Assembly (NCBI GenBank): GCA_048882485.1
Contig: JBHLRP010000001.1
Coordinates: forward strand, 64,001 to 128,000
Direction of reading: 5' to 3'
Length of the DNA stretch: 64,000 nt
Origin: Candidatus Thorarchaeota archaeon
Lineage (GTDB): Archaea; Asgardarchaeota; Thorarchaeia; Thorarchaeales; Thorarchaeaceae
A model generated the notes under the pieces. That model saw nothing but the letters and a program-made list of their open reading frames with translations, was not told where the DNA came from and searched no databases. The position numbers and the translations under genes were made by a program. The stretch's first letter is position 1, and each line of letters begins with the position of its first letter. This document shows positions 44,415-54,314 of this stretch, piece by piece.

Positions 44415-45812
44415 ATGGGAAATCCTATGTCCTTCTACAAGACTCCATTGAAGTATGGAACCACAGTTATTGATAAGTTCATTCCAAAGACACTTAGCGA
44501 CGTAACAGTGCTACAGATTGAGGAATACAAGCCCGACTTCTCGGACTTTGAGAAGAAGCTTGAGGATGTATTGGCCAATCCGATTGGTTCCAAGCCCTTC
44601 GATGATCTAGTTAGCGAGGTCTACGCTGAAGGTAGGACCATTATGTTCATTGTAGACGATAACACTCGTCCAAACATACATACTCGAATCTTACTGCCCA
44701 TACTAACGAAGCGGCTCTTCAAACTTGGTGTAAGAAAGGAAGATATCCGAATAATAATTGCCAGTGGAACACACAAGAAGCCCACCCCAGACGCGATTGA
44801 GAAGCGAATCCTTGGAGCAATGCTCTATGGCGAGTGGATGGACAATGTGCTCATTCATGACTGCGATTCAGGAAACCGCAATCTTGGAAAGACAAAGAAA
44901 GGGGCGCCAATCCTCATAGATGAACAGGTTCTTGGTGCTTCCTTGCTAATTCCTCTAAGTGATTCGGAGTACCATTACTTTGCTGGACAGGCGGGAACAG
45001 TCAAGTTGTTCTGCCCAGGAGTTGCAGGCCGAGAAACTATTCGTGTCAATCATCCCCGTATGTTTGATGTAGAGCGAGGTTTTGTTTCGGGATGCAGATT
45101 AGGAAATACGAAAGGAAATCCAGTGATTGAAGAAATGATAGAGGTCGCAACTAGTGTCAAGGAGAATCTCCCAATGTTTTGCATTGACACGATAGTGCAT
45201 CATGGCGAAATCGTCTATGTTCAAGCCGGCGATCTCATTGAATGCCATAAGGCTGCATCAGAGCCACTTCGAAAACTGCGAGTCGTTGAAACTGATGAAC
45301 CGGGTGACATAGTTTTTGTGTCAGTTGGAGAGCTCGGACTTAACCTGTATCAAGCTGGCAAGGGGATTCACGCCGCCTGGAATGCAGTTCGTCATGACAT
45401 GAAGGGATGGATCGTCTTTCTGGCTCCTTGCCAGGAAGGTATTGGAAGTGCCGGGTACGAGGAAGCCATGCATGCAGTAAAGGGCATGATGGTAAAGGAT
45501 GCTCTCAAGTATGTAATTGAAAACTACGGTTCGGAAGAGACATTCAAAATTGGCAACCAGAAACCCCCAGATCTATTCCGCATACTTCTTGATGTTGCAG
45601 AACGCAATATCAAAGTGGTCACACAGCTTGATCCAAAAGAGCTCGGAGAGGTCTATCGGATGGATGCAAGGAATCCAAAGAGCCCTGAGGATGCTCAGCG
45701 GGTGCTTCGTGAAATTACTGAGCAATTCGTGGATGAGAACCCGGATATTCCGAATCCGAAAGTGTACGTCCTCGATGATCCTGGGCTTCTGATTGAGGTC
45801 AAGAACCGCTAG
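44415..45812 (+). CDS. larA: LarA-family nickel-pincer 2-hydroxyacid racemase/epimerase
   Basis: DDNTRP, ASGTH, HYFAGQAGTVK..PG, NH, NLYQAGK. Confidence 0.82.
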   Translation: MGNPMSFYKTPLKYGTTVIDKFIPKTLSDVTVLQIEEYKPDFSDFEKKLEDVLANPIGSKPFDDLVSEVYAEGRTIMFIVDDNTRPNIHTRILLPILTKRLFKLGVRKEDIRIIIASGTHKKPTPDAIEKRILGAMLYGEWMDNVLIHDCDSGNRNLGKTKKGAPILIDEQVLGASLLIPLSDSEYHYFAGQAGTVKLFCPGVAGRETIRVNHPRMFDVERGFVSGCRLGNTKGNPVIEEMIEVATSVKENLPMFCIDTIVHHGEIVYVQAGDLIECHKAASEPLRKLRVVETDEPGDIVFVSVGELGLNLYQAGKGIHAAWNAVRHDMKGWIVFLAPCQEGIGSAGYEEAMHAVKGMMVKDALKYVIENYGSEETFKIGNQKPPDLFRILLDVAERNIKVVTQLDPKELGEVYRMDARNPKSPEDAQRVLREITEQFVDENPDIPNPKVYVLDDPGLLIEVKNR

Positions 45813-46143
45813 TTCTGGAAAACGCATATGGGGAAAATGCATGCAAGGCGAGAAGAATCTCAATTAGAATCCACAAGCCACTCTGAAACAGCGCTAGGTA
45901 CAGGATGCTGTCTACAAGATTCGCCATCACCATGATTTCCAAGGGACCAGGATACATTGGAATCGGGAACAGTGCGCCAGGCGGTCCACCTGACCACCAT
46001 ACTCCTGATACCCAATCTCCACTCATGAATCGCGATGCCGCATACATCCACAAAATGTAAAGCATCAAGATTATCGATAGAATCCTAAGTCTGCTGCTTA
46101 GCGGATTGAGAGGCCTCCTGACCATTGAGAATCCACCTGACAT
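45799..46143 (-). CDS. Small hypothetical membrane protein
   Basis: Two or three hydrophobic segments; ATG with SD-like AGGCG. Confidence 0.55.
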   Translation of the reverse strand: MSGGFSMVRRPLNPLSSRLRILSIILMLYILWMYAASRFMSGDWVSGVWWSGGPPGALFPIPMYPGPLEIMVMANLVDSILYLALFQSGLWILIEILLALHAFSPYAFSRTSGS

Positions 46144-46209
46144 CGCCTAATCTCCAGTCAGCACTTATTCAAAATTGAGATAACCATTTGTTCCTAAGCA
46201 AAGGTTTGA

Positions 46210-46235
46210 GCCGAAGGTCGGTTGGAACCTTCGGC
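46210..46235. terminator. Hairpin downstream of cysS
   Basis: GCCGAAGGT-N8-ACCTTCGGC perfect 9-bp stem. Confidence 0.5.
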
Positions 46236-46268
46236 AGTGAAAATGATTTTTGACATGGTTGGACCTGG

Positions 46269-47705
46269 CTAGTCCATCTTCCATGTGGCGCCGTCCTTTG
46301 TATCTGCAACCGTGATTCCCAGTTCAGCTAGTCGGTCACGGATTCTGTCTGATGTGGCATAGTCCTTAGATTTTCTCGCATTCTCCCTGATCTCGAGAAG
46401 CAGCTCAACGGTACCTTTCAGGGCTTCAGCAGAAGCTCCTGAATCAGTTCCAGCTCCAGTCGCTCCAAGGTCTACACCAAGGATTCCAACTAGCTCGGTA
46501 AGAACAGCTAGCGCTTCTCTGAGTACCGCTGCTCCCCCGACATTGGGAGTATGAGTGTTGATCTCTCTCACGAAGGTGAATATCTCAGCTAGGGCACCAG
46601 GCGTGTTGAAGTCATCATCCATCTCCTTCTCAAAACTCACACGGACCTTCTTTGCAGCCTCAGCCAATTTCTTGTCCGCATCGGCTTCGCGACTTCCGGA
46701 CCGTTCGAGGATGAGAATGCGCCCTCTGAGATTGTCAGCAGCGTTCTTTATTCGCTCTAGAGACTGAATGGCTTGTTTGATAGCTGTGTCATTATAATCC
46801 AGAGGTTGTCTATACTGCCCTGAAACCAGGTATAGGCGAACAGATTGGTGATCATAGTTGTCGAGGACTTCTCTTGCAGTGAAGAAGTTGCCTTCTGATT
46901 TGGACATCTTCTCGGTATTAATGGTTAGGAATCCATTATGCAGCCAGTACTTTACTGGGGTCTCTACACCGTAAGCTGCAAAGGACTGCGCTATCTCATT
47001 CTCATGATGTGGAAATATGAGGTCCTGTCCTCCACCATGAATGTCGAATGGGAGACCTAAGTAATGCCTTCCCATGACCGAGCATTCGGCATGCCAGCCC
47101 GGCCGTCCCTTTCCCCAAGGGCTGCCCCATGAGGGCTCCCCTGGCTTCTCAGCTTTCCATAGTGCAAAGTCTCGTGGATCTCTCTTCTTCTCATCCACTT
47201 CAACTCTGGCACCTGCTGAGGAATCATCGGCGGAGATCTTGGAGAGTACGCCATACTTCTCAAGTTCGCTTACATCGAAGTAGACGTCGCCATCAACAAC
47301 GTATCCCTTTCCGTTCTTAACAATGAGGCCAACCATCTCGATGATGTCGTCGATATGCTCAGTTGCACGAGGGTTGATTGTTGCCGGCTGGAGATTCAGC
47401 TGGTTTGCAATTAGCAGATACTCAGCAATGAATTTGCTGGCCAACTCTTGAACTGAGATACCATCTTCATTCGCACGGTTGATCATCTTGTCGTCGACAT
47501 CAGTGAAATTGGTGGCATAGTAGACACGATATCCACGATACTCAAGGTAGCGACGGATTGTGTCAAACACTGCAAATGACCTGGCATTGCCTATGTGAGG
47601 ATAATCATACACTGTCGGACCACACACATACATACGTACGTTATTTCCATCAATTGGTTTGAATTCCTCTTTGGCACGTTTTAGAGTGTTGTAGACTTGT
47701 AGCAT
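46269..47705 (-). CDS. cysS: Cysteinyl-tRNA synthetase
   Basis: YVCGPTVY, HIGN, GRPGWHAEC, HGGGQDLIFPHHENE, KMSKS. Confidence 0.97.
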   Translation of the reverse strand: MLQVYNTLKRAKEEFKPIDGNNVRMYVCGPTVYDYPHIGNARSFAVFDTIRRYLEYRGYRVYYATNFTDVDDKMINRANEDGISVQELASKFIAEYLLIANQLNLQPATINPRATEHIDDIIEMVGLIVKNGKGYVVDGDVYFDVSELEKYGVLSKISADDSSAGARVEVDEKKRDPRDFALWKAEKPGEPSWGSPWGKGRPGWHAECSVMGRHYLGLPFDIHGGGQDLIFPHHENEIAQSFAAYGVETPVKYWLHNGFLTINTEKMSKSEGNFFTAREVLDNYDHQSVRLYLVSGQYRQPLDYNDTAIKQAIQSLERIKNAADNLRGRILILERSGSREADADKKLAEAAKKVRVSFEKEMDDDFNTPGALAEIFTFVREINTHTPNVGGAAVLREALAVLTELVGILGVDLGATGAGTDSGASAEALKGTVELLLEIRENARKSKDYATSDRIRDRLAELGITVADTKDGATWKMD

Positions 47706-47830
47706 TGTCACTACCCATTTTCGCAATTGCGGATTCGCATAAAAAGTCGCCTGCAAAAATTGCCTTCAATTCCCTTCACACGAATTGATAAGGGGGCTAG
47801 CATAAAATCCCAGACCGGTGCAAACGCATT

Positions 47831-48595
47831 ATGGACCCGGGTGTCAGAAACGCACTTGATCGAGCTTCTAAACTCTGTGATGAAGAGTGCGATGAAGAGG
47901 CTCAAGGAGTGATATTAGATGCTCTAGGGAGCTACCCGGAGAATCCAGACCTTCGGACGATGCTTGGAAAAATACAAGCTAGGCTACAGAGAGAGGACGA
48001 AGCAGAGGTAACATTGAGGGGCGTGCTGAAGGATGATCCTCTCCATGAAGATGCTTCATGCGCTTTGGGTCGTTTGCTAGATCAATCGCTCAGAACTGAC
48101 GAAGCTGAGAAAGTCTATCGAAGACTATTGACTGAGTCTCCTGCAAGTCATTGTGCACTTGATGACCTCTGCAGATTATTACTTGCAGAAGGCCAATGCT
48201 TTGAGGCTCTTGAAGTCGCTCGAGCACATGCGAACAGATTCCCAGATTGTCTTGAAGCATATGATGGATTGAGATACCTGCTTGCGATAGTCGAGGATGA
48301 ACTCTGTGAAGGTTATATCAGCGAATCAACGGATAATGAGACTCTGGAAAAGCTAACAGTGAATCTCCTTGAGCAATTTGATGTAATGATGAGAATTAAG
48401 AAGAATGTTGGTCCACTCTCAGGGATGGAAGAGCCCCTTGCGACAGATATGCAGGAAGAATATTTGCGAATTGTTGGTGAATTGGATCATCTCTCTCGAG
48501 TTATTGATGAACGAGTTTTCACTTTGCCTACATCCCTTAGCAGGCAATTGCTAAATGCTGTCAAAGAAGGATCCGCTCGTATAGAAGGATTCTAG
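47831..48595 (+). CDS. TPR-repeat protein
   Basis: Helical repeats PENPDLRTMLG..EAE..DPLH..ALGRLL..EAEKVYRRLL. Confidence 0.7.
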   Translation: MDPGVRNALDRASKLCDEECDEEAQGVILDALGSYPENPDLRTMLGKIQARLQREDEAEVTLRGVLKDDPLHEDASCALGRLLDQSLRTDEAEKVYRRLLTESPASHCALDDLCRLLLAEGQCFEALEVARAHANRFPDCLEAYDGLRYLLAIVEDELCEGYISESTDNETLEKLTVNLLEQFDVMMRIKKNVGPLSGMEEPLATDMQEEYLRIVGELDHLSRVIDERVFTLPTSLSRQLLNAVKEGSARIEGF

Positions 48596-48600
48596 CTTCT

Positions 48601-48897
48601 TCATCGCCATTTGTAGCCACGGAAACCATAGTCCTGTATCGTTTCACTCTCACTCAGAAAAATAAGGTCTTGTTGTGAATCCTGAAAGAGCCAGATGTGC
48701 AATTTCGAATCCTCAAGAGCTTGAAGGAGCTCGATTCGGTTTTCTGCCCTTAGTCCCATTACCTTTAGCAGGCTGTTTAGTGTAACAATTCGGTCAACAT
48801 TCTTCCTTGCAGTTGCGATGATTCTGGCTTTGGATGCGGGCTCCATTTTGAGAATCTCACTATCGCGAAGGACTGCTTTGATTCTCACTGCTATCAC
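48601..48897 (-). CDS. Small hypothetical protein
   Basis: 98-aa ORF filling the gap between genes, AGGT SD. Confidence 0.6.
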   Translation of the reverse strand: MIAVRIKAVLRDSEILKMEPASKARIIATARKNVDRIVTLNSLLKVMGLRAENRIELLQALEDSKLHIWLFQDSQQDLIFLSESETIQDYGFRGYKWR

Positions 48898-48947
48898 TAC
48901 CTAGTTTCAGTGAGGTGGAAATAAGCGTATCGGCATAGAACGGAGAC

Positions 48948-48999
48948 TTAATATATCTCTATATTGAGATAGGTTAATATATCTCAGACATGAGATAGG
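48948..48999. promoter_or_regulatory. Tandem 26-bp direct repeat, each containing a TATCTC-N6-GAGATA palindrome (double operator)
   Basis: TTAATATATCTCTATATTGAGATAGG then TTAATATATCTCAGACATGAGATAGG, ~25 nt before the protease ATG. Confidence 0.75.
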
Positions 49000-49022
49000 T
49001 ATGATGTCTAGAGGTTGCAACC

Positions 49023-49883
49023 ATGCAGATGAAAATTCAATTAGGTCCAGGGTCGGGCCATCCTCACGTACCTGTGATGATCAATGGAAAGGGGCCCTTT
49101 GTCTTTGTTCTCGATACTGGTGCAAGTATAACTACCGTGTCCAGTTCCCTTGTTGAGGAATTAGGAATACCCACCTATGTGGGAGAGAAGAAAAAGGCAA
49201 GAGGAGTCGGCGGGAATGAACTCCCTGTCATGACTGCGAAGATTGAATCGCTAGAAATAGGATCCCTACAATTTCAGGATGAAGAAGTTGGTGTAATTGA
49301 CTTCGCCAAAGTGTTGGGGACCACTGGTTGCGGTCCGACTGCAGGAGTTATTGGACACACAATCCTCAAGAATTTCAGAGTCGGTCTAAATTACGGCACT
49401 CTTCAACTGAGTCTTGAGGAGAGCAATGGATCTGACACTATGAACGCACTGGAATGGATTCCATTCAAGTATCTAATAGACTCACACCTTGTTGGTGTTC
49501 CAGTATACATCAATGGCAAAGGACCTTTTGATCACATCCTAGACACTGGCTCGAGTGGCAATGTAATGACTCCAACGGTGGCAAGTGAGATTGGTATAAT
49601 AACCCCGTCGAGCGAGCCTACCACTGCGGAAGGATGCTCAGGAGGCGAATGCATAGGAGTGGGCGGGAGAGCGACGGGTTATGGTGCAATGGTCCGAAGC
49701 ATCTCGATTGGTTCCTCAGTGCTCTCCGACACCATCATGGGAGTGATTGATCTCGGGGTGATCTCTCCAAATGGTCAAAAGCTTGACTATGGTGTAATTG
49801 GCTATCCATTCTTGAGGGATTATGAGCTAGTAATCGATTATCCGATGCAAAGAGTAGCTTTTGCTGGGCATAATAAGAACTAA
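49023..49883 (+). CDS. Two-domain retropepsin-like aspartic protease
   Basis: VPVxINGKGPF repeated; catalytic LDTGAS and LDTGSS; GVIG in each half. Confidence 0.88.
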   Translation: MQMKIQLGPGSGHPHVPVMINGKGPFVFVLDTGASITTVSSSLVEELGIPTYVGEKKKARGVGGNELPVMTAKIESLEIGSLQFQDEEVGVIDFAKVLGTTGCGPTAGVIGHTILKNFRVGLNYGTLQLSLEESNGSDTMNALEWIPFKYLIDSHLVGVPVYINGKGPFDHILDTGSSGNVMTPTVASEIGIITPSSEPTTAEGCSGGECIGVGGRATGYGAMVRSISIGSSVLSDTIMGVIDLGVISPNGQKLDYGVIGYPFLRDYELVIDYPMQRVAFAGHNKN

Positions 49884-49923
49884 CCAATCTTAGGTGGATG
49901 CTTCTGAAGATGTTATTTGAAAC

Positions 49924-52203
49924 TCAAGACTCTCTCCCATATGCAGGCAGAAGAACTTGAAATAGAGTGCCCATATCCGGCTCTTCCATTTTCTTTGAAA
50001 CCGTAATGGTTCCGCCCAACGACTCTGCAACTAGCCGTGATACAAGAAGTCCAAGAGCAGTGCCACTGTAATCTTCTTGAGATTCAGGGGGAGAAACATC
50101 ACTCCCAATATCCGTCCACCAGGATGGAACGAAGATTCGGACCATCCAATATTCAGAGCCCATCTCAACACGAGGCTGAATCTCGACTTTAATGCTTGAT
50201 GCCTCCATAGGCTGCAAAAGGACACCATGGATTATATTGATGAAGACATGCTTCAGCACGCCGCTACCAAGAACATAGGCCTGCGCACTGAATGGCAGTA
50301 ATTGCAGTTTAACACCTTTACCACCAGCGACTCGCATGACCCTATCAAGGGATTCAACGAGCGTTTCCATCAGATTGAGCGGGTTGAGTGATTCTCTCTG
50401 AAGATCTTCGCTTTCAGTTATTAGGCGTACATTGGTGATGAGCTGCTCTGCAAGAGAAATCACATGATATGCGTCACCTGAGAGACGTTCTCGCTGCTCG
50501 ATTGTTGTTTCTCCTTCTCCCAATAGTTCGACGGCGGTTAGAAGCATTTGGTGATAATTACTAATGTCATGCATAAGCAGGTCTGCATAAAGGGTTGCCT
50601 TTGAGTGAGAGTCTTCTGCGTCCCGCATTGCTCGCATGTATAAAAGGCCTAGAAATGCTGGGCCTATCATTAAAGCTAGCAATATCAGAATCTCTGAGAC
50701 CCACCAGCCTGCAGTCCATGTATTGTAATAGCTCTTGAGCACATTCGGGACTATCCACATCGACAAGAATAGGACGACATATACTCCGATTGAAGCTTGA
50801 CCGCCAGATATCTCAACTTGTGTGAATAGCAAGTATGTTATCAGGAAGATGAGCAGCAAGTTTGCAAACAGAAGCATGGAATTACTGAGGGGGCTTCCAG
50901 AAAGCAGCGGGTATTGTTGTAGAACAAGCTGATTTCCAATCTCTCCAGCCAAGACAGCTCCCAGCATAACAAACGAACCTGCAAGAAGTAGCCATGATGA
51001 AGGAGGCCTGTCTTCTTGCAGATGGTTCTTTGGAGTCCATCGTGCAGCGAGATATAAGAGCGGGATTGATAGAATGCTGCCAACTAGATATGATACGATT
51101 GGCTCTCCCCGAGGGGCGAATTCAAGTGGCAATACTGTTAGCACGGAAACTGTAGCCACTTCGGCCCAGAGCACAAATAACATGATAAGAGCGTAGAGGT
51201 TCCTTGAAGGGCGTCGCCTTGAGTACGCAAAGAGAAGGAATCCCATCATTATTGAGAGAGATGCCACTCCAATATGGATAATAGAGAATGCTAGAGTGTT
51301 CATCGGTTCGATAATCTGATGGAAACCTGCAGCCTCAATGCCAATTGTAATTGTGAATGGCAAGTAGGAGAGCAACACAAGTGCAGCAACAATGAGATAT
51401 GCCGTCATCCTATCATATCCTACCTTTCTAAGAAAGGGAACAGAAAGGGAAATTGTGATCAAAAAGTACGATGCCATCTGTATTGTTTCAGCGTATATCC
51501 AGAGGGCGGATGAAAGGAACATTTCTGCTGCTAAAACACAAATAGCAATTGCAGAGAGTATACATGCACTAGCGAAATACCCAATGTCTACGGAGAGCTC
51601 ATCGTATCCACGTTTGATCAAGAGATAAGCGGCAGCAAGAGTGATTGCAACGCCAGAGAGTGCCGTGGAGGCTCCGAAGTAGATTAGAATTTCTGTCGTC
51701 ATATGTGGAATTAGGAAGAACCATATGACGCCATAAAGTGCTCCGGGGATGAATACAGACGCGAAGCCAATAACAAGGCCCAAACGAGCAGTCAGTCTCT
51801 TCTTTTCACTTGGATCTTGGCGCGTGGTCAAAGCTACTAAGATGAAGACACCAAAAACTGCAAACTCGTATATGTCTGTCACAAGATTGGCGAGATCCTT
51901 CACTTCGGGAGCAGCTATGAGTTCGGTCAAGTAGCTTATTGCACTACCAATGTTCACCATGATGGGAAAGAGGAGCGCAGCTGAGAATGCAGCCAAGGAT
52001 TTGGAGGGACGCCGAAGAAATGCTAGAACTAGGATAGCTGCTGGGATTGATGCCCAGTATGACAGAAGGGAATGGGCTCCTACTCGGGATGTGGTTGTAA
52101 TGGAAACGATATACAGGCCTCCAATAGCTATAGTTGTGGCTATCAATGCCAATGGAACAAAGATAGCTATCTTTGCCAGTGATCGCTTCTGGTTCTTATT
52201 CAT
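49924..52203 (-). CDS. Multi-TM sensor histidine kinase-like protein with degenerate ATPase domain
   Basis: About 14 TMs; H-box LMHDISNY; HVFINII; GTALGL..LGGTI..GTLF. Confidence 0.75.
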   Translation of the reverse strand: MNKNQKRSLAKIAIFVPLALIATTIAIGGLYIVSITTTSRVGAHSLLSYWASIPAAILVLAFLRRPSKSLAAFSAALLFPIMVNIGSAISYLTELIAAPEVKDLANLVTDIYEFAVFGVFILVALTTRQDPSEKKRLTARLGLVIGFASVFIPGALYGVIWFFLIPHMTTEILIYFGASTALSGVAITLAAAYLLIKRGYDELSVDIGYFASACILSAIAICVLAAEMFLSSALWIYAETIQMASYFLITISLSVPFLRKVGYDRMTAYLIVAALVLLSYLPFTITIGIEAAGFHQIIEPMNTLAFSIIHIGVASLSIMMGFLLFAYSRRRPSRNLYALIMLFVLWAEVATVSVLTVLPLEFAPRGEPIVSYLVGSILSIPLLYLAARWTPKNHLQEDRPPSSWLLLAGSFVMLGAVLAGEIGNQLVLQQYPLLSGSPLSNSMLLFANLLLIFLITYLLFTQVEISGGQASIGVYVVLFLSMWIVPNVLKSYYNTWTAGWWVSEILILLALMIGPAFLGLLYMRAMRDAEDSHSKATLYADLLMHDISNYHQMLLTAVELLGEGETTIEQRERLSGDAYHVISLAEQLITNVRLITESEDLQRESLNPLNLMETLVESLDRVMRVAGGKGVKLQLLPFSAQAYVLGSGVLKHVFINIIHGVLLQPMEASSIKVEIQPRVEMGSEYWMVRIFVPSWWTDIGSDVSPPESQEDYSGTALGLLVSRLVAESLGGTITVSKKMEEPDMGTLFQVLLPAYGRES

Positions 52204-52353
52204 CCAGCACCACTCGAGGGATAAACCAGCCCGTTATCTTTTGAAAAGGATATCTTGGTTATCCAAACAAATGGATGATGATATGTGGATAATATCAGGA
52301 CCGAATGCTCAATCTAATAAGTGGAGAACTATAGCAAACTTTCAGTGGAGATA

Positions 52354-53280
52354 ATGCTTGCGGAGTTAGAGAAGAAACTTATCACCGTTGTTGAGAAAGT
52401 TATACCCAGCGTTGTAAGCGTCACAACCACAAGAATGGCGAGGGACCAGCTTTCAAGGGCCATTCCTGTTCAGGGGCAGGGATCTGGCGTAATACTGACA
52501 GACGATGGCTTCATAGTTACCAACGCGCATGTTGTTGAAGGAGTCCGAGATGTTGATGTCACATTGAACGACGGGCGTGCTTTCAAGGCGGTCGTCGTTG
52601 GTGAGTCAAAAGTCAGAGATCTCGCAGTCTTGAAGATCGAGGTTGAGGGTTTGACACCAATTGAGTTGGGAGAGTCGAATACATTGCAGGTAGGACAGAT
52701 AGCAGTTGCAATCGGAAATCCACTTGGACTGGGAAGCTCAGTCACTTTCGGGATGGTCAGCGCCGTTGAGAGAACGATTCAAGGCGGCGGAACCTTTCTT
52801 GAAGGCCTCATCCAAACATCAGCTCAGATTAATCCTGGCAACTCTGGCGGGGCTTTAGTTAATACCGAAGGTCAACTTATTGGAGTACCAACTGCAATGA
52901 TTCCATGGAGTCAGGGGATTGGCTTTGCCATAGCTGTTGATTGGGTCAAGCGCGCATTTGATGAGCTTGTGGAAACAGGGACTATTAGAAGTCCATGGCT
53001 GGGAGTAATGGGTGTCACTCTTAATCCGGGCGTGGCATCACATTATAGATTGCCCACGGATAAGGGAGCTTTGCTAGTTCAAGTGCCTCGTGGCCCATCT
53101 TCACAGGCTGGACTGAAAGCGGGCGATGTCATTCAGGCAATTGATGACGAAGACATCACAGGGATGGAGGATCTCAGGAAGAAGATCCTTGTGAAACGCA
53201 CAGGCGACAAGGTCCGAATCAGGTTCCAAAGACGAAATGACATCTTCGAGGTCTATGTCACCTTAGGAGCCGCACCATAG
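52354..53280 (+). CDS. htrA: HtrA/DegP-family serine protease with one PDZ domain
   Basis: TNAHVV, DLAVL, INPGNSGG, PWLGV, GLKAGDVI. Confidence 0.92.
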   Translation: MLAELEKKLITVVEKVIPSVVSVTTTRMARDQLSRAIPVQGQGSGVILTDDGFIVTNAHVVEGVRDVDVTLNDGRAFKAVVVGESKVRDLAVLKIEVEGLTPIELGESNTLQVGQIAVAIGNPLGLGSSVTFGMVSAVERTIQGGGTFLEGLIQTSAQINPGNSGGALVNTEGQLIGVPTAMIPWSQGIGFAIAVDWVKRAFDELVETGTIRSPWLGVMGVTLNPGVASHYRLPTDKGALLVQVPRGPSSQAGLKAGDVIQAIDDEDITGMEDLRKKILVKRTGDKVRIRFQRRNDIFEVYVTLGAAP

Positions 53281-53288
53281 TCGAGTCG

Positions 53289-54191
53289 TCAGATGACTCC
53301 TACTACAAGAATAACACCAAGAATAGCGATTAGGATGCCAACAAGCGCCAGTTTAGTTGGTCGCTCTTTCAGAAAGACCATTGATATTGGCACAGCGAAT
53401 AGCGGAGAGGTTGAACCTATGAGCGATCCCATAGCTGCTCCGATATATTTCACCATGACAACATAGAGCACTGAGCCTAAAGCCATTCCGAAGAATCCTG
53501 CGACTGCAACAATCTTTGTCGCCCGCATTGTCGGTCTTGGCATCCCCATATGGCTTGCGACAACATAGATGGGAACGAATTCAATAGAGCCGATGACGAT
53601 TCTCACAAAATTGGCGTCAATTGGATCAACCCCAGTCACTCCTATCTCAAGAAGTACAGTTCCAACTGCATAGCAGACCATGGTGAAGAGGGCCATTCCG
53701 ATTCCCAAGAGGTCAAATTGGGAGTTACCCTCACCATCCTGCCCTTTATTCTGTTCACGAGATATCAAAATGAGACCCAAAACTGCGACTATGGTGCCAA
53801 AGAATCGGAACACTGAAACATCATCCCCAAGAAACAGAATTGTTAGAATGTACGTAAGAACTGGAAATGACATCGCAATTGGAAATGAGTAGGAAACACC
53901 GATTCTTTCTTGGCTTATGAACAGGATTGTGTCACCGATAACTGCCCCTAGCGATGCCGAGAGGGCCAAATAGATGATTGACTCGAACGGCACCGAGAAT
54001 GAATTCGGACGCCATGGAATTATGACAAGCAGGATCATGAATCCGAGTGCTACCCACATCTTGACGGACCCAATAGCTAAAGGTCTAATCTCGTCACTCT
54101 GTGACCGATAAACAACAACAGATACCGCCCACATGGATGCCGCGAGGAAGCCAATAGCAGTTCCAAAAATGGCATCCGGTGTGAGTTGCAT
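53289..54191 (-). CDS. DMT/EamA-family transporter
   Basis: 10 TMs in two EamA repeats (..FLGD / ..FLKER). Confidence 0.9.
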   Translation of the reverse strand: MQLTPDAIFGTAIGFLAASMWAVSVVVYRSQSDEIRPLAIGSVKMWVALGFMILLVIIPWRPNSFSVPFESIIYLALSASLGAVIGDTILFISQERIGVSYSFPIAMSFPVLTYILTILFLGDDVSVFRFFGTIVAVLGLILISREQNKGQDGEGNSQFDLLGIGMALFTMVCYAVGTVLLEIGVTGVDPIDANFVRIVIGSIEFVPIYVVASHMGMPRPTMRATKIVAVAGFFGMALGSVLYVVMVKYIGAAMGSLIGSTSPLFAVPISMVFLKERPTKLALVGILIAILGVILVVGVI

Positions 54192-54314
54192 GGCTTTCGG
54201 GGCATTAAAGGGTCCTATGATACTATCGGTAGCTCCACCCAGATTTTGAGTTTCGTATCTATGAAATGCCTTTTAGTCACGAGGAACTCACTGGCCAGAG
54301 AGCTGATTTCTATT

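Noticed and set aside
48948-48999. CRISPR mini-array
   Set aside because: Two abutting units with no spacer and no cas genes; fits an operator better
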